Shown in pieces: positions 25,183-46,205 of a DNA stretch of 64,000 nt. Each line of letters opens with the position of its first letter. Position 1 is the stretch's first letter. The stretch comes from Piromyces finnis finn (taxonomy: Eukaryota; Fungi; Neocallimastigomycota), in NCBI GenBank assembly GCA_002104945.1, contig MCFH01000088.1, positions 1-64,000 of the forward strand, written 5' to 3'. A program made the position numbers and the translations under genes. The notes under the pieces are model-generated. The model had not been told where the DNA came from. It worked only from the letters and a program-made list of their open reading frames with translations, and ran no database searches.

Positions 25183-25296
25183 GTAAATAAATAAATAAAT
25201 AAATAAGTAAATAAGTAAATAAATAAGTAAATAAATAAATAAGTAAATAAATAAGTAAATAAACAAATAAGTAAATAAATAAGTAAATAAATAAAT
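25137..25296. repeat. (TAAA)n / TAAGTAAA tetranucleotide microsatellite
   Basis: Read directly. It accounts for the YLFI-repeat ORF 25057-25266. Confidence 0.93.
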
Positions 25297-25962
25297 GTAT
25301 AAATATTAATTAAAGAGAATGAAAATTGTTTTAATAATAATTATATAATAAAATATAAATTAAAATATTAAAGCAATATTAATTAAATTCCTATTAAAAA
25401 AATTAAGTGTTTTTTTTTAAACTGAACATTTCAATAATCATTCTTAATTGTAATATTATAAATATAAATAAATATATAAAAACTATATTTATTTATAATA
25501 ATTATTATAATATTTGTTAATATCAAAAAGAAAAAAAAAAAGTATAATAATATAAACTATAGTATTGTTATTATTATTAATTATATTATTATAAATTTCA
25601 TTATTATTTTGAAGATTTTTTATTATAATATTTGCAATTATTATTTATATTTATATTTTAAACAATTCAAGAATAAGAAAAAAAATATAATAACAATAAA
25701 AGTATAATAACAAATAAGATAATAAAAATAAAAAAAAAAGAAGAGGTGAAATATAACCTTTAATTAGGTATATATTTTATTTAGTATTTATTCATTGTTT
25801 GTTTTAGAATGTCCTTATTTTTTAATAATAAAATACAAAATAATATTCATTATATAACATGCAATTTTATTTATTATTGAATTATTACTTTTTTTTTTTT
25901 TTTTTTACTTTTAAAATATAATTATACCATAAGTAAATATATATATATATATAAATATAAAA

Positions 25963-28214
25963 ATGCATGCTGAAACGGCGAAATGGCTTCAAAAAGTTCT
26001 TACTGGAACAAGTGTATTTTATTTTTATTTTCACTTTTTTTTTTTTTAAACTTGAAAGATAAATAAATTAAAATCATATAAATAATATAATATAATATAA
26101 TTGTTATTAATAATTACTATATCATAATACTGCATAATTATTTAAAAAAAAAAAAAAAAAAACAACCTTTTAAAATGAAATATATTTTAGTATTCCAATA
26201 AAGATAGAATTTATGAAGAATTTGATGAAGTTCTTACTCAATATAACGGTCTTAATCCAAAATATGATAAACATGGTAATTCTATAATAAAACTTTTATC
26301 AAATATAATTTCAGGAAATATAAATAATACCAGCAACAACAATAACAACAAATATTAATATTAATATCAATACTATTAATAATAATAACAATTGTTTTAT
26401 TGAATTATTAATAATAATTATTATTTAATAATAACAATATAAAATAGTCTATGCAGGATGTTTATATAATTTACTAGGTATGACTGGGGTCATTCCTGTT
26501 ACTTATAGAAATGTAACATATAATATACCTATTGGAATATGGGTTATGTATGATTATCCAGCATCACCACCAGATTTTTTTGTAATGCCAACTGAAAACA
26601 TGAAAATTGTAGTGGGAAAACATGTAACTGCTGATGGAAAAATTGTCCATCCATACTTAGATACTTTTAATTCAATACCACAGGTTAATATTATATATAA
26701 ATATAAATAAATATATATATTTTTAATTTAAGAGAAGAAGAAAATATATAATTTAATATGAAATTTCGAGAAATTGAATTATAATTGATAAAATCATTTA
26801 TGTTCTAGTTTTCATATTTTTCAAACCGTTAATGAAATATTAACATATTTTCCCTATATATACATATATATTTACTCATTCTTTATTATTAAATATTAAT
26901 ATATCAAATTGGAAATCCCTTTAATTCTATTTTTAAAATTTTAATCGACTATCAATCATAATTTATTTAACAAACACTTTTTTTTTCAATTTTAAATTCG
27001 GAATTATTCATACGAAAATATCATAAAACCACAAAAAATATTATTTTTTACATTTAAATTATATGAAATCTTGATTTCTTCACTTTTAGAATTCATTAAT
27101 AGAATTTATTTCAATTTTAAGAAAAATATTTTCTACAGAAACTCCTGTAGTTGAAGTTAAGCATGCTGCAGCCTCTCAGAGTTATAGTATGCCTCAACCA
27201 GTTTCAATGCCAATGCCAAGACCAAATAATTATATGTATAATAACAATCCAACTAATAATGGATATATGCCATATAATAATTACCCATATCAACAAAATG
27301 TTAACCAACCCCCACCACCATCAACAAGCATGTCTTATCCAATGAATAATGCAAGTACTAATCGTAATTCTTTACCAAGACCAGATGCTAAAATTGGTGT
27401 ATTAAATGAAGCGCGTGAAAAAATTACTAAAGATATAGAAATTATCAACAAAGAATTAAAAGATCAAATAGATATCTTACTCTCGGATAATAGAAAACTT
27501 TCAGAAAATGAACAAAAAATTAGTAATTCTATTCGTTTATTTGAAGAAGAAATGGTAAATATTAAGAAATAAATATAATCTTTTTTTTTTTTTTTTATTT
27601 AATTATTATATTATTATTATATCTTTTTAAATTATATATAATAACAATATATACATATTTTTTTAGTTAAAAGTTAAAGGTAATATAACATTATTCCAAG
27701 ATAAGAATAAAGAATTAAGTGATAAAATTGAACAATTGAAGAGTAAACAAGAAGTTAATCCGGATGAAATATTGAAACTAACCCCATTAATGAATCAGTA
27801 AGTATTAAAAATGTTATATTGAATAAGGATAGACTTATACATCTCTCATATTAATATTTATAATATTTTAAAATTTTATAGATTAGTAGAAGTAGTGGCT
27901 GATGAATCTGCTATAGAAGACATGATATATTATCTTGGTAAAGCATTAATATCAGAACAAATTGATTTAAATTACTATTTAAAGGTAGAATAAAAAATAT
28001 ATTATTTTTAATATCATCAATAATGGATTTATCATAATATATATATTTTATTATTTTTATTAATATATATTAAAAAATATTATATATTTAATTTTTTTTT
28101 ATTTTATATATTATGCATATTATGGATAAAAAGCATATTCGAGCATTGTCAAGAGAACAATTTTTAAAGAAAGTTTTGATAAAAAAAATAAGAGCACAAG
28201 CTCAACTTATTTAA
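25963..28214 (+). CDS. VPS23: ESCRT-I subunit Vps23/TSG101, multi-exon
   Basis: UEV domain (TGVIPVTYRNVTYNIPIGIWVMYDYPASPP...HVTADGKIVHPYL), Pro/Asn-rich linker, coiled coil, and Vps23 core (DESAIEDMIYYLGKAL...YLK|HIRALSREQF). The first donor site is ambiguous. Confidence 0.93.
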
Positions 28215-28416
28215 AAAATAACTTTAACAATAAACAAGTCATTTACAGTATCAAATTGGTATTATATATGGGTTATAATCGTCATATAGAATAAGCATCA
28301 TTAAATAAATAAATAAAAAACTATTTTAAATATAATTGTTTTACTTTTTCTCTTCTTTCAAACAAAGTATTAATAAATGTATAGTATAAATAGGTATAAA
28401 ACTCTATTTAATTTAT

Positions 28417-28447
<31 letters not shown>

Positions 28448-29185
28448 TAGTTTAACTATAAAATAAGAAATGATAAATATATTAATAAATACAAGAAATT
28501 AAAAATATAATATCATAATAATAATATATATAATTATATAATATAGTAAATCTAAAAAGAAATTAATAAAACAAACAAAGAACAAAGTAAAAACAAAAAA
28601 TAAAAAACAGAACAATAAAACAAAATGTATAAAAAATAGGAAAATAAATAAGATAATTGGTACAACTGCTTTTATTATATTTGTGTATTATTTATATTAT
28701 GTCGAACTATTTTTAGTGTAAGAACCATTTAATTTTTTTTTTAAAAAAAAAGATAAAAATTTGAAATGATCTAGGTTAAACTATGTTAAATGTTTTTATT
28801 AGTTTGAAAATCGTTTTTATAATTAGATTTAATAGTTTATATATTTTATATCATTTGATGTTATAATGCTTATAATATTTATAATATATATATATGTTAT
28901 TTCTTTATACAAAAAAGAAATAAGAATATATTTTTAATTTTTGTATTATTTAAAAATACAATACTTCTATTCTAGGTTTAATACACAAGTACTACCATCA
29001 TCATCCACCACTCCATCACCAAAATTTAATTTCATTTATTTTAATGGATTATAAAAAATTTTCCATTTTTTTAAAATTATTATTTATTTAAATTGAAATA
29101 TATTTTGAAATATATTAAATTATATTATAATATATTGTGTTTATTGTTTTTTAACAATTATGATTGGTTGTTTTAATTTCATTTT

Positions 29186-29218
<33 letters not shown>

Positions 29219-29814
29219 AAATTTCAAAAAAAAGTTTTTTTTTTTTTTAATTAATCATTAAGATAATAATAATTTTTATTTTTTTAATGATAAAACCTTT
29301 TATATTTTTAACATTAATAAAATGAAATGTTAAAATATTTAAAAAAATAGTTTATAGAAAATATTTTTTTTTTTTTCAATTATTCATTTAATTTTTATAA
29401 TATAATATTATTTTTATTAATAAAGTTCAATTTTCATAATTTAGAGGAGTATTGAAAATTGAAATTTTTAATTAAATAATATTTAAATAATAAAATACTA
29501 TAACCTATTTTTTTTTCGCTCTTTCTTTTTTTCCCAGTTCAATTCGTTCAATTATATATATATATAAAGTAAAACATAGAGAACTACTTTTATTATACAA
29601 TTATTAATTTATTTTAGAAAACTTTTTAAGGTAATAATACATTAATTATCGATATTATTATAAAAAAAAATACAATTCGAAATAATTTTGAAATATGAAA
29701 TTTTTATATGATATAAATTATTAATATATAAATAAATATCAACAAACAACGTACAATTTAACCAATTCCTTGTTAAAATAAATAAACGTAACAACATATT
29801 ATTTAAATAGAAAT

Positions 29815-32800
29815 ATGAGTAAGGAACTTAATACTAAAGGAGGTGTCAATCGCTTCAAAGTAATTATTCCATTTTTTTTTTTTTTGAGAAAAATATTATT
29901 AGTTTATTATTATTTTTTTGATATTTATAATACATTCATTGCTAAAAATAATATTGTTAAAATTATAGTTTCAATCTTTTAATGAAAGAGTTGGTTCAAT
30001 TAAAATTAATGTAACCAAAAGAGTATATAAATTTAACAATGAAATTCCAGAAGATGCCGAAACTTTCTTTCAAGAATCAATAATACAATGGAGAGAACTT
30101 AATTGTACAAAGGATTTTTCAAATTTTGTATTTGAAGTTCAAAAATATACAAAATCACTTCCAATGATTCTTTTCCATAAAGATGCAATTGCTAATATAC
30201 TTTTAAAACACATTTTAATTAAAGATACCCAGGCTTATGAACCACTTTTAAGGTTTAGTGTTTATTAATATACTATATATAAAATTCATAAGGTAGTATT
30301 ATAATTAACCTCCAAATATATATTTTAATTAATATATAAAATAGTTTAGTTATTTCATTTACAAGAGATTTACAAGAAGAAATCTATGAATATTTCCCAA
30401 AATTTTATGAAGCAATAACTTCATTACTTAGTCGTACATCAGAACCAAAAATTTTAGAAGTAATTTATTGAAAAAAAAAAAAAATCAGGATATTATAAAT
30501 TTAAATATTATTTTCAAATTAAATAATAGATAATATAACACTTTTTTCATATATATATTCGTATTATTATAGTCTGTTTTCAATACCATTGCATATTTAT
30601 TTAAATATTTATTAAAACAATTAGTAGCTGATGTTGATAAAACATTTTTGTAAGTTCTTTTATTATTATGTAATATATATTTATTTTTGCAAGCTATTTA
30701 TACAGTTTTTATTTTTTATGTTTCAATATATAGCATGATGAGATCTTTATTTGAAAGCAATAAAGATTATATAAGAAGATTTGCAAGTGAATCCTTTTCA
30801 TTTTTATTAAGAAGAATAAAAGGTGAAAAATTAAGAAATATTTTAACTATTATCTTAGAGTCTGTAAATGATGGTAAAAGTAATTCTATTGAAAGTTATA
30901 TATCTGGTATTGGTTTACTTTTAAGTGAAACAATTAAAGTAAATATTTTTTTTTATAAACGAATATTAAATAAGAAATATAATTAGAAATTTTAAAATTT
31001 TTTATTAACTTGGATATTATTCTCCCTTTTTTATTATCAAAATATATTATATATATTTAAAAGCATGTAAATAATCAACTTTATTCACGTTCTCAAGAAT
31101 ATTTAGAAATGGTATTGGATATTTTAAAGAAAAATGTTAAATCAGATGATAAATTAGGTATTTTTTTTCCCAATTAAGAGCAAATAAGCGTTTCACATTT
31201 TAAATTGGTATAAAATTAATTACTCATGTAAACAATTCTTAATTTTTAAATTTAACATATAAAAAAATAGATGATCCATTATTTAGATCTGTTCAAGTAT
31301 TTATAAATGATACCTGTGCATATGTTAACTCTGATACTAGTACGGTTGTTTATGATATTTTAGATAGTCGTTTAGTAAAATATTCAGAAGAATATGCAAA
31401 TAAATCCGATGATGAAATTTTATGGAATCATATTAATTTATCAAAATTAATGATCATTGTTAAAATCGCTGCAGAAACTAGAAAAGGACATTCAATTCAT
31501 GGTAAATAATAATAATAATAATAAAAAAACAACAACTATTTATTATATTTATTATTATTATAATTTAAATATATATAATATTTTAATAATAAAAAAGAAT
31601 ATAATAATAATTTGTATAAATCTATATTATAAATATTTCATGTTTCTATTATATTATTATGATTTATTCATAAAGACCGTAAAAAGATATTCAAGTCTAT
31701 TGATTCAGTATCAAAGATTATATTTAAGTCAGAATATTTACCACATTCAAAAATTGCAGTTAAAGAATTATTAAATATGTTAAGACCACTTGTTTTATAT
31801 TCACCACCAACTATTACATTATCATATGGTAAAAATGTTTTTGATAATATTTTCAAATGTACTTTATATAACGAGGTATTAGTTTTCACAAATGAAATTA
31901 GAAAAAAGAATAACGCTATCTATTGTCAAATTATTTTACCTTTTGTTATTAAGTATATTTCTTCCAATTGGAATGAAAATTCCGATCTTTTCCTTTTCTA
32001 TCTTTTTGAAATGTTTACTGATTTTGCAAAGGATGGTTATCCACCAGAAATTTCTTCTCAATTAGTTTATGATGGATTTTTACATTTCATTGAAAAGAAA
32101 GGAAATAAGAATGATAGTTGGAAAGATCGTCTTTTAAAATATATTAATTCTACAGATATTAACATGGATGATATATCAAAAGTTTCTGATTTAGTGTATG
32201 AAGAACTTAGCGAAAATTCTCAAAAACAAATTAAAGAATTAGCATCTATCGTTTGTTTAAGACATATTGAAATTCCATATCAAAGTATAAATAAGGATTT
32301 ATATGAAATTATAAAGAAATACATTAAATTAAGTCAATCCTTATTTAAGGAAGAAAATAATGATTTAACAAAGGTTATTAATACCAATATTGGTCAATTA
32401 ATATATACTTATGCTGAAGTTTGTAGACATGCTAATCATTTTGAAACCTTGAAAGATTTATGGGATACAATTATTAATGATGTATTATTAAAATATCCAG
32501 ATGATGTTAATGTTTTAATCGGTGTTGCCTATTATTTTGAAGTTTTGAAGAATAGGTAAGAAAAAATAATAATATATAAATATTTTCATTTTTATAAATA
32601 GTTTATTAACCTTATTGTCTAAATATTATATATATTTCTTTTTTATTAATAATTATATTGATTATATTAATATATTATTATTATTATTACTATAAAAATC
32701 AATGATAAAAATAAAAAAGTGTAGAATATAATGAAATATTTAGCAAGGATGTATTAAATACTATATATTTGAAATTAAAGGATAATATCAGTTCATTTAA

Positions 32801-35800
32801 TCATTTTATTCGTAAATATACATTAAATATTTTATCAAATTTCGAAATAGAACTAATAAAAGATGATGATAAGAAAGCAAGTATGTTGTTTGATTTATGT
32901 AAGAATATTGAAGAAATGCCAAATGCAGTAAATACTTATCAAGAAAAAATGATTTTGTTAAGACGTGTTAATACTTTACAAGTTACAGGAAATATTTCTA
33001 AAACCTATCGTGAAGTTTTACCAAGATTATGTTTAGGACTTTTAACAAATAACTTTAGTGTTTTATGGCCAGAAACTACAAAAATCTTATCTGGCATTTC
33101 TTCTTTAGAATTAAGTTATTTCTGGGATGTATTTAAGCCAGAATTATTAGAATTTAAGGATAAAGTTATTAAATATACTAGTGGTATTTTCCAAAGAACT
33201 AGAGAATATTTAAATTCCATTGAATCTACTGAAGATCTTTGTGAACTTTACTTTAATAAATTTTTAACTTATTTATCACCAGAAATTCCAGTTGTTGACT
33301 ATTGGAATTATGAAAATCTTTTATGGAAGACTTTAGATCATATACCACACATTGCAGAAAGATTTTCAAAACTTATTGTTCCAAAATTCTTTGAATTCTG
33401 TCATAAGGAATATAAGATTGATAATATTTATGAAGATGAAGATGAAGAAGAAGAAGAAAATAAAGATAATAAAATTGCTTTCAATAAAACACCAAAATAT
33501 AATTATAATAAGATGCTTCAATTTTTAAGTCTTTTCTCAAAATTCAAGAATATTAAAGGTTTATATAAGGGCCAAGTATTGTATGATATTTACAAAAGAT
33601 TATTAACAAAGGGTGATGAAAAGATACAACATGCTTGTATTAAATGTTTAGCAACTTATCAAGAAGTAGGTGTTGTAGAATATACAGAAAAATTGATAGC
33701 TCTTACTGAAGATAATAAATTCCGTGATGAACTTTCTACATTAAATATTGAAGATTTAAGAAACCAAATTGAAAAAATACACCAAAAACCATTAATGGAA
33801 GTTTTAATTTGTTTACTTTATGGTAAGGTTATTAGTAAAAAGGGTAGAAATTCATCTCGTTCTGGTGCTAAAGCAAGACGTATTGCTATTTTCTCTTGGT
33901 TAGCTGGTTGTGAGACTGAAGATATTCAATATATGATTGATCTTATGTTAAAACCATTTGATAATATTAAGTCTTCTCAAGGTGTTGCTACCGACAATGA
34001 TTCAATGGATGTTGATCAAAAAGAATCCGAAGATGAATCATTTAATATTGAAACACCGGTTAAACGTCAACTTGGTTTATTAAGTGTTCTTGAAGATTTC
34101 ATTAAACAATTAAGAATTAAGTTGGATCCAATAGTTGCACAACTTGTCAATGTTATTTTAAAATTGACCTATCAAGCTGAACATTTAATTACTACTAATA
34201 CAAATGATGATATTCATGCCATTTTAGGCGATAGTAATGATGAAAATTTAACTATTGCAAAATTAAGAGATGTTCGTCAACAAGGTTTACGTCGTTTATG
34301 CCAATTATTTAGTATTAATTTAAAATTCGATTTTACTACTTATATGCCAGGATTCTTCAAGAGAATTATTAGTCCAAGAATTCCAAAGTTCTCAATTGAA
34401 AATACTCAAGCTGTTACTGTTGTTATGGAAATTGTTCGTGCCTGGGCTCATAATAAAAACTATGTAATGTTTTTCGTTGATTATGATAATAGTTTATTAC
34501 CAGGATTATTATCTTGTTTATCTGCTAAGAAAGTTCATAATTCTATCGTTTCCTTAATTATTAGCATTTTAGAAGATATTTTACATCTTTTAGATGTTCC
34601 AGAAGAAATGGCAATAGAAAAGGTTAGAGCTAGATCATCTGTTCCTGAAACTGCTAAAGAAGCTCAAGCTAATGTTGATCGTATGGAATCAGAATTAGAA
34701 AAGAATAAATCTATGGCTCAAAAGGTTATTCAACCATCTATTAATAAAATTTTACATGAATTTGAATATCTTCTTATTAACACTCGTAACATAAACTTCC
34801 AATACCAAAGTTCTATTGCACTCTGGCGTAGAATTGTTAATGTTCTTTCTAATGTTTCAGTCTTTGTTACAGATGGTGAACATGCTGACAAGCTTATTGA
34901 ATTACTTTTACCATCTCTTAACAAATCCGTTAGAATTGTTCCAGAGAGAACCAAGGAAGATATATTAAACATTACTTATAACTTCCTTCCATTAATGAAT
35001 AGTTCAAAGAAGACTGAAATTGAAGTTAATGGTGTTACCTTCCATGAACATATTCATTTCCGTTATTGGTCTAGACTCTTTATGATTTTAGAAAGCAGAA
35101 AATGTAGATTACTTTTATGTAAAATCTTTAATAAATTGGCTGAAATTTATGATTATTTGAAAATTGTTTCAGGTCTTTTAGATGATTTGAATGCTTTCTC
35201 TGAAAGAATGATTGATGAACCAGATTACGACCGTCGTTTTGACGCCTATTCTAAGATCAACCAAGAATATTATAAGGAATTTACATCACAACAATGGTTA
35301 CCAGTTATTTATAATTTTATTTTCTATTTACAAACTACAGATGAATTTGCTGTAAGAACTAATTCTACCTATGGTATTTCCCGCGTTATTGAACGTGCTG
35401 AAGAAGAAAGAATAAAGAAGGAAGAAGGTAATTTAAAGAAACAATCAAAAGAAAAAGAAATAGAATATGAACAATTCCAAAATCTTGTATTCTATACTTG
35501 TTTACCAGCTGTTAAACGTGGTATTAAGTCGTACAAGGAAGAAGCTCGCCATGAATTTGTTACTATTTTAGGATTAATGATTAATAAGAATAAGGAACAT
35601 GAATTATTAAAGGATATGGTTCCATTATTAGCTGGTGATGATGAAGAAGCTAACTTCTTTAATAATATTTATCATATGCAAATCCATCGTCGTATTAGAG
35701 CATTAAAACGTTTAACCGATGAATTGAAGACCGGTAATGTTAATCCAAGAAATATTTCAAACATTTTTGTTCCTATTGTTAATCACTTTATCTACGAATC

Positions 35801-38800
35801 CGACAAGTCTAGTGAGCACAATTTAATTAATGAAGCAATCAATACTATTGGTGTTGCTTCAGCCTATTTAACTTGGGGTCAATATTATACCTTGGTTAAA
35901 AACACTTTGGTTAATATTAAGAAGAAGCAACAATTAGAAAAGGTTTTAATTCGTGTTATTTTAACTGTATTAGATAATTTCCATTATGATATGAAAACTT
36001 TGGATGGTATGGAAATTGAAGAAAAGGATGAAGCTAAGGAAGAAGAAGAAGAGGAAGAAGTAATAGATGAAGAAGTTGAATTAATTGAAGAAGATGGTGA
36101 TGAAGATGAACAAAAGGCTGATGAAGAAGAAAAAGAGGTAAAAGAAGAAAAAGAAGAACAAGAAGAAGAAAAGCCAAAGGAAAAATCAGAAGGTGATGCT
36201 ATGGAAGTTGATGAAAATGTACAAGTACCAAAATTCAACAAGATTCATGATACTGTAGTTAACCGTTTAATTCCAGAACTTTATAATTATTTAACTCAAA
36301 AGGATGAACTTAATGTTATTGTCAGAACCCCAGTTGCTTTAGCCATTGTAAAGTTATTAAAGAACTTACCAATTGAATCAATGAATGAACAACTTCCAAA
36401 GTTATTATTAAACCTTTGTCAAATTTTAAAGAGTAGACAACAAGAAGCTCGTGATAGTACTCGTGATACATTAGTCAAGATTGCTAATTTATTAGGTCCA
36501 GCCTATTTCTCATTTATTGTCACAGAACTTCAAACTACTTTATTAAGAGGTTACCAATTACATGTTTTAGGATACACAATTCATTCATTACTTTATAGTT
36601 TAGTTCCTACCTTGGAACCAGGTAATATTGATGATTGTATGGAACCATTAATTGATATTTTAATTAATGATATCTTTGGTGAAGTTGGGGATGAAAGAGA
36701 AATTGAAGAATTAAGAGGAAAAATGCGTGAAATTAAAGGTACCAAGAGTTTTGATTCATTTGAATTATTATCCAAAATTATTCTCTTAAATAATATTACA
36801 GTCATGTTAAAACCATTAAAGGAATTAATGTTAGAAAGTGATAGTTTGAAAAAGATGAAAAATGTTGAAGAAATTTTAAGACGTATTTCCGTTGGTTTAA
36901 ATAGTAATACAAGTATTAAAGCTAAGGAATTACTTTTATTTACTCATGGTCTTATTACCGAAACTCTTCCATTTGCTCAAGTTGAAAACCAAAAGAAAAA
37001 GGAATTAACTCAAGCTGAAAAGAATGCCATGGTTCAAATGAAACGTCCAACAAACACTCAAGAACCATTAAAGAATTTCAAGGCTAATGCCTATCTTTTT
37101 GTTGTATTTGGTTTTTCTGTTCTTCTTTCTGGAATCAAAAGAGACCATATTAGTCTTAAGAATCAAGATAATTTAGAAATGCTTGATCCATTAGTTGTTA
37201 GTTTTGGTGAAGCACTCTATTCCAAGCATAATAAAATTTCTATTCTTTCAATGAAGATTCTTAATACCTTAATCAAGTGTAACATTCCAAAACTTAAGGA
37301 AAGTTGGGAATTAATTGTAAAACGTTTATTCCAAATCATTGGTAGAAGTCGTGTCACCTATAATGAACTAATTCAAAACTGCTTTAAACTTTTAATTTCA
37401 ATTATTCGTGATTGTTATGATGTCGAAATTACAAAGTTCCAATTAATTACCTTAATTAAAATTATAAAGATTGATTTAGAAGAACAAGAAAATCAATCCA
37501 CTACACTTTCAATGATTAGAGCTATCTTAGCTCGTAAATATGTTGTTGAAGATATTTATGATTTGATGAATATTGTTAGTAATTTAATTGTAACCAGTCA
37601 AAGTACAGTTATGCGTGAACAATGTCGTCAAATATTTATTACTTTCTTATTAGATTATCCACAAAGTAAGAACAGACTCCGTAATCAAATATCATTCTTT
37701 GTTAATAACTTAAATTATGTCTATGAAAGTGGTCGTGTTTCTGTTCTTGAAATGCTTAATTTAATTATTTCAAGATTTACGGATGAATTGATTTCACAAT
37801 TTTCTGAAATCTTCTTCCTTTCTCTTGTTGTAACCATGGTCAATGATGATTCAAGCAAGTGTAGAGAAATGTCTGGTATTTTAATTAAGCAATTAATAAA
37901 ACGTATTCACTCCTTAAATCAACCAATGGCAAAAATTTATAAATTATTAGAAAAGTGGACTTCACCAGAACAACCAAAGAATATTCAACAAGCAGCTATT
38001 CAAGCCTATGGTTTAATTATTGATGTTTTAAACACTGAATTTAAATCTCAATGTGATCCACTCATGAACATTCTTTGTAAGAATATTATTAAGGAAGTTG
38101 ATAACAATGCCATTAATATTAATAGTATTGAATTCGATGAAGATGAAATTGAATACTGGGAATTGATTTATTATTCTCTCAATACTTTTAACAAATTAAT
38201 TAATAATTATCCACAATATTTATATTCCACCCAATTAGAAGGTTTATGGAATTCTATTCAACGTTATCTTCTTCATCCACATATGTGGATTAGAATTTCC
38301 GCTAATCGTCTTATTGGTATATTCTTCTCAAAGATGGACATTGAAAAATTTAAAGAATTTGTTTCTGGTAAAAAGTTAACTGAAAATAACGTAAGTCAAT
38401 ATCAATACTTATCCGATAAAATTATTCTCTGGCGTCTTTGTCTTAATATGATTGAAGAATTAAATAGTGATGGTTTAACAGAAGATTTATCTCAACAAAT
38501 TGTAAAGAATTTATTCTTTGCTGGTAGATGTCTTTTTATTCTTTGTGAAAATGAAACTAATGATGAAGAAGATAATGAAGAAGATAATGAAAATGAACCA
38601 GAAGATGGTGATAAGAATGCCAAGACAATCAAGAACCCACTTATGAAGATATTTAGAAAATTAAGTTATTTAGCACGTGTAAATACTTCTATGAAAAAGA
38701 GTGAATTAATGGTTAGTATATTTAATGATATAATATAATGAAATTATTTGCTTTAAATATCATGCTTTTTTATTTTTTTTCCTTCTTTCTTTTTACTAAT

Positions 38801-39414
38801 TATTTCTTTTTCTTTTTTTTTTATTTTCTCAATGTTATAAATAATTATCAATTCTGTAGTGTATTTCAATATACCAATGGTTTGCTGCAATGGCTTCGGT
38901 TATTAATATGCCTGTATTAGCCAACTATCTTCCAGTAATGATTTCTTCACTTTATCGTTCTGTTCAAGATGTTACCAATACTGATAATGACAAGGTAAAA
39001 ACTTTAGCACAAGAAGTTCTTGATTTATTACAAAAGAGAGCTGGTGTTAAGGCTTTCTTAGAAGTTTACAATTCAGTTCATAAACATGTACAAGAAGTTA
39101 GAAAGGAAAGACATAATAAACGAGTTGTACAGGTAAACTATCATAATTTTTATTTATTTATTTATCATTATTATTATATTTTTTTTTTTTAAAATATTAA
39201 TAAATAAATTTTTTATTTTTTTTTTTTTAATAATAATTAAAAATGAAAAACAAAAAAACAAAAAACAAAAAAATAGTCTATTATTGATCCTGAAGCTTCC
39301 GCACGTAGAAAGGTTCAAAAGAATGAAATGAAAAAGGCAGGAAGAAAGAGAAAGATTGAAGCAATTACTTCTAAAAAACTTAAAACTAAATTATCAATTA
39401 AAAGAAAGAAGTAA
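29815..39414 (+). CDS. UTP20: U3 snoRNP / SSU processome HEAT-repeat protein Utp20
   Basis: Start MSKELNTKGGVNRFK|FQSFNERV; DEEANFFNNIYHMQIHRRIRAL; LKSRQQEARDSTR...LLRGYQLHVLGYT; FLLDYPQ...LNYVYESGR; C-terminal IIDPE...RK. Eight 5' introns, a 5968-nt exon, then two 3' introns. Confidence 0.95.
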
Positions 39415-39906
39415 GAACTAAACAGCAACAACAAAATTTAATAGAACAATACAACTATACGAAAACTCATTTTAATTTAAACATCAAAATACTATTAAGG
39501 ATAAACGATATAATATTTTTTTAAATATAGAAAAAATTTAACTTTCTTTTTTTTTTTAATTTATACTCCTCATTTTTTTTTTTTATTTATTATTATTATA
39601 AATTTTCTTAATCCAATATCTATTTTTTCTTTTAATATTTAATTATTATATATAATATTATCTACATATCTATTTAAATTAATATTAATATTTAAAATTT
39701 TGTTTTAATTAAATCATAAAATAAATATTTTTTTTTTAAAAAAAAAAGATAGTATCCATACTTTTTAATGTGTAAATTTTTATAAAAATGAATATATAAT
39801 TTTATTTTATTTTTTTTTTATAATTTTTAATAATTTTTAAATAGATATAATATATATACTATATACTATATATATTATATTATTATTTTATTAATTATAA
39901 TATACT

Positions 39907-45292
<5,386 letters not shown>

Positions 45293-46164
45293 GGATTATA
45301 ATTTTTCTTCAATTTTTATTATTGTTAGAAAATTTTATAAAAAAAAGAAAAAAAAAAAATTCAAAAATTTAATATAATATTTTTTTATTAAATTTATAGA
45401 GATTATTTAATTAAAATTCAAAAAGTATAATTTTTATATAATTTTATAATTAAAAGTATTTTTATATTTCAAAAAAAAGAAGGAAAAGAAATTTTAGTTT
45501 TTCTTTTTTTCTTTTTATTATTATTTAATGAAGAAAAGAATTAATTTTTTTTTATAAAAACAAAATATCTTTTTCTTTATTATATTTGCTATTTATATAT
45601 ATTTATAATAGTTTTTTTTTGTCTTTTTATTTCTCTTTAAAGTATTCATTTTATTTTATTGATTACCAATTCAAGAATTTAAACAATATACTTTTAAATT
45701 ATGTTTAATAATAAAATAACTGAAATAATATTATCATATATATATATGTCAACATATTTAGTCAATTCTGTATAAATATTCAAAAACGCTTAACTATAAT
45801 TTTGTTATATATAAAGTATATCATATCTCTAAATCTCTAATGGATAATTGTTAATTTTTGTACATAAATAACACACTAAATAATTTAATTTATAACAATA
45901 ATTGAACAACAATAGTAATATAATAAATTTTGTAATTTTTCTCTATCAAAAATAGTATATATAATCGAATGTATATATTTTTTAACAAGCAAATAAATAA
46001 TAATAATAATAAAAAACATAATACAATAATACTTTTTAAACTAAATATTTTTAATTATTTCTTATTATCAAAATAAATTATTGCTTATATATTAAAGATT
46101 CAAATATTTATTTATTTTTATTCAAAAAGAGAGAAGAGAGAGTGTGTGTGAAAAGAAAGTCGAA

Positions 46165-46201
<37 letters not shown>

Positions 46202-46205
46202 TAAA

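Noticed and set aside
28978-29053. Possible orphan terminal exon (FNTQVLPSSSTTPSPKFNFIYFNGL*) after a good acceptor downstream of VPS23
   Set aside because: Its phase does not fit any VPS23 donor, and no start or homology is evident.
34730-36805. Antisense ORFs inside UTP20, and likewise inside the LINEs, the aminotransferase and the ubinuclein tail
   Set aside because: Short shadow ORFs expected from the codon bias of the sense gene, with no motifs of their own.
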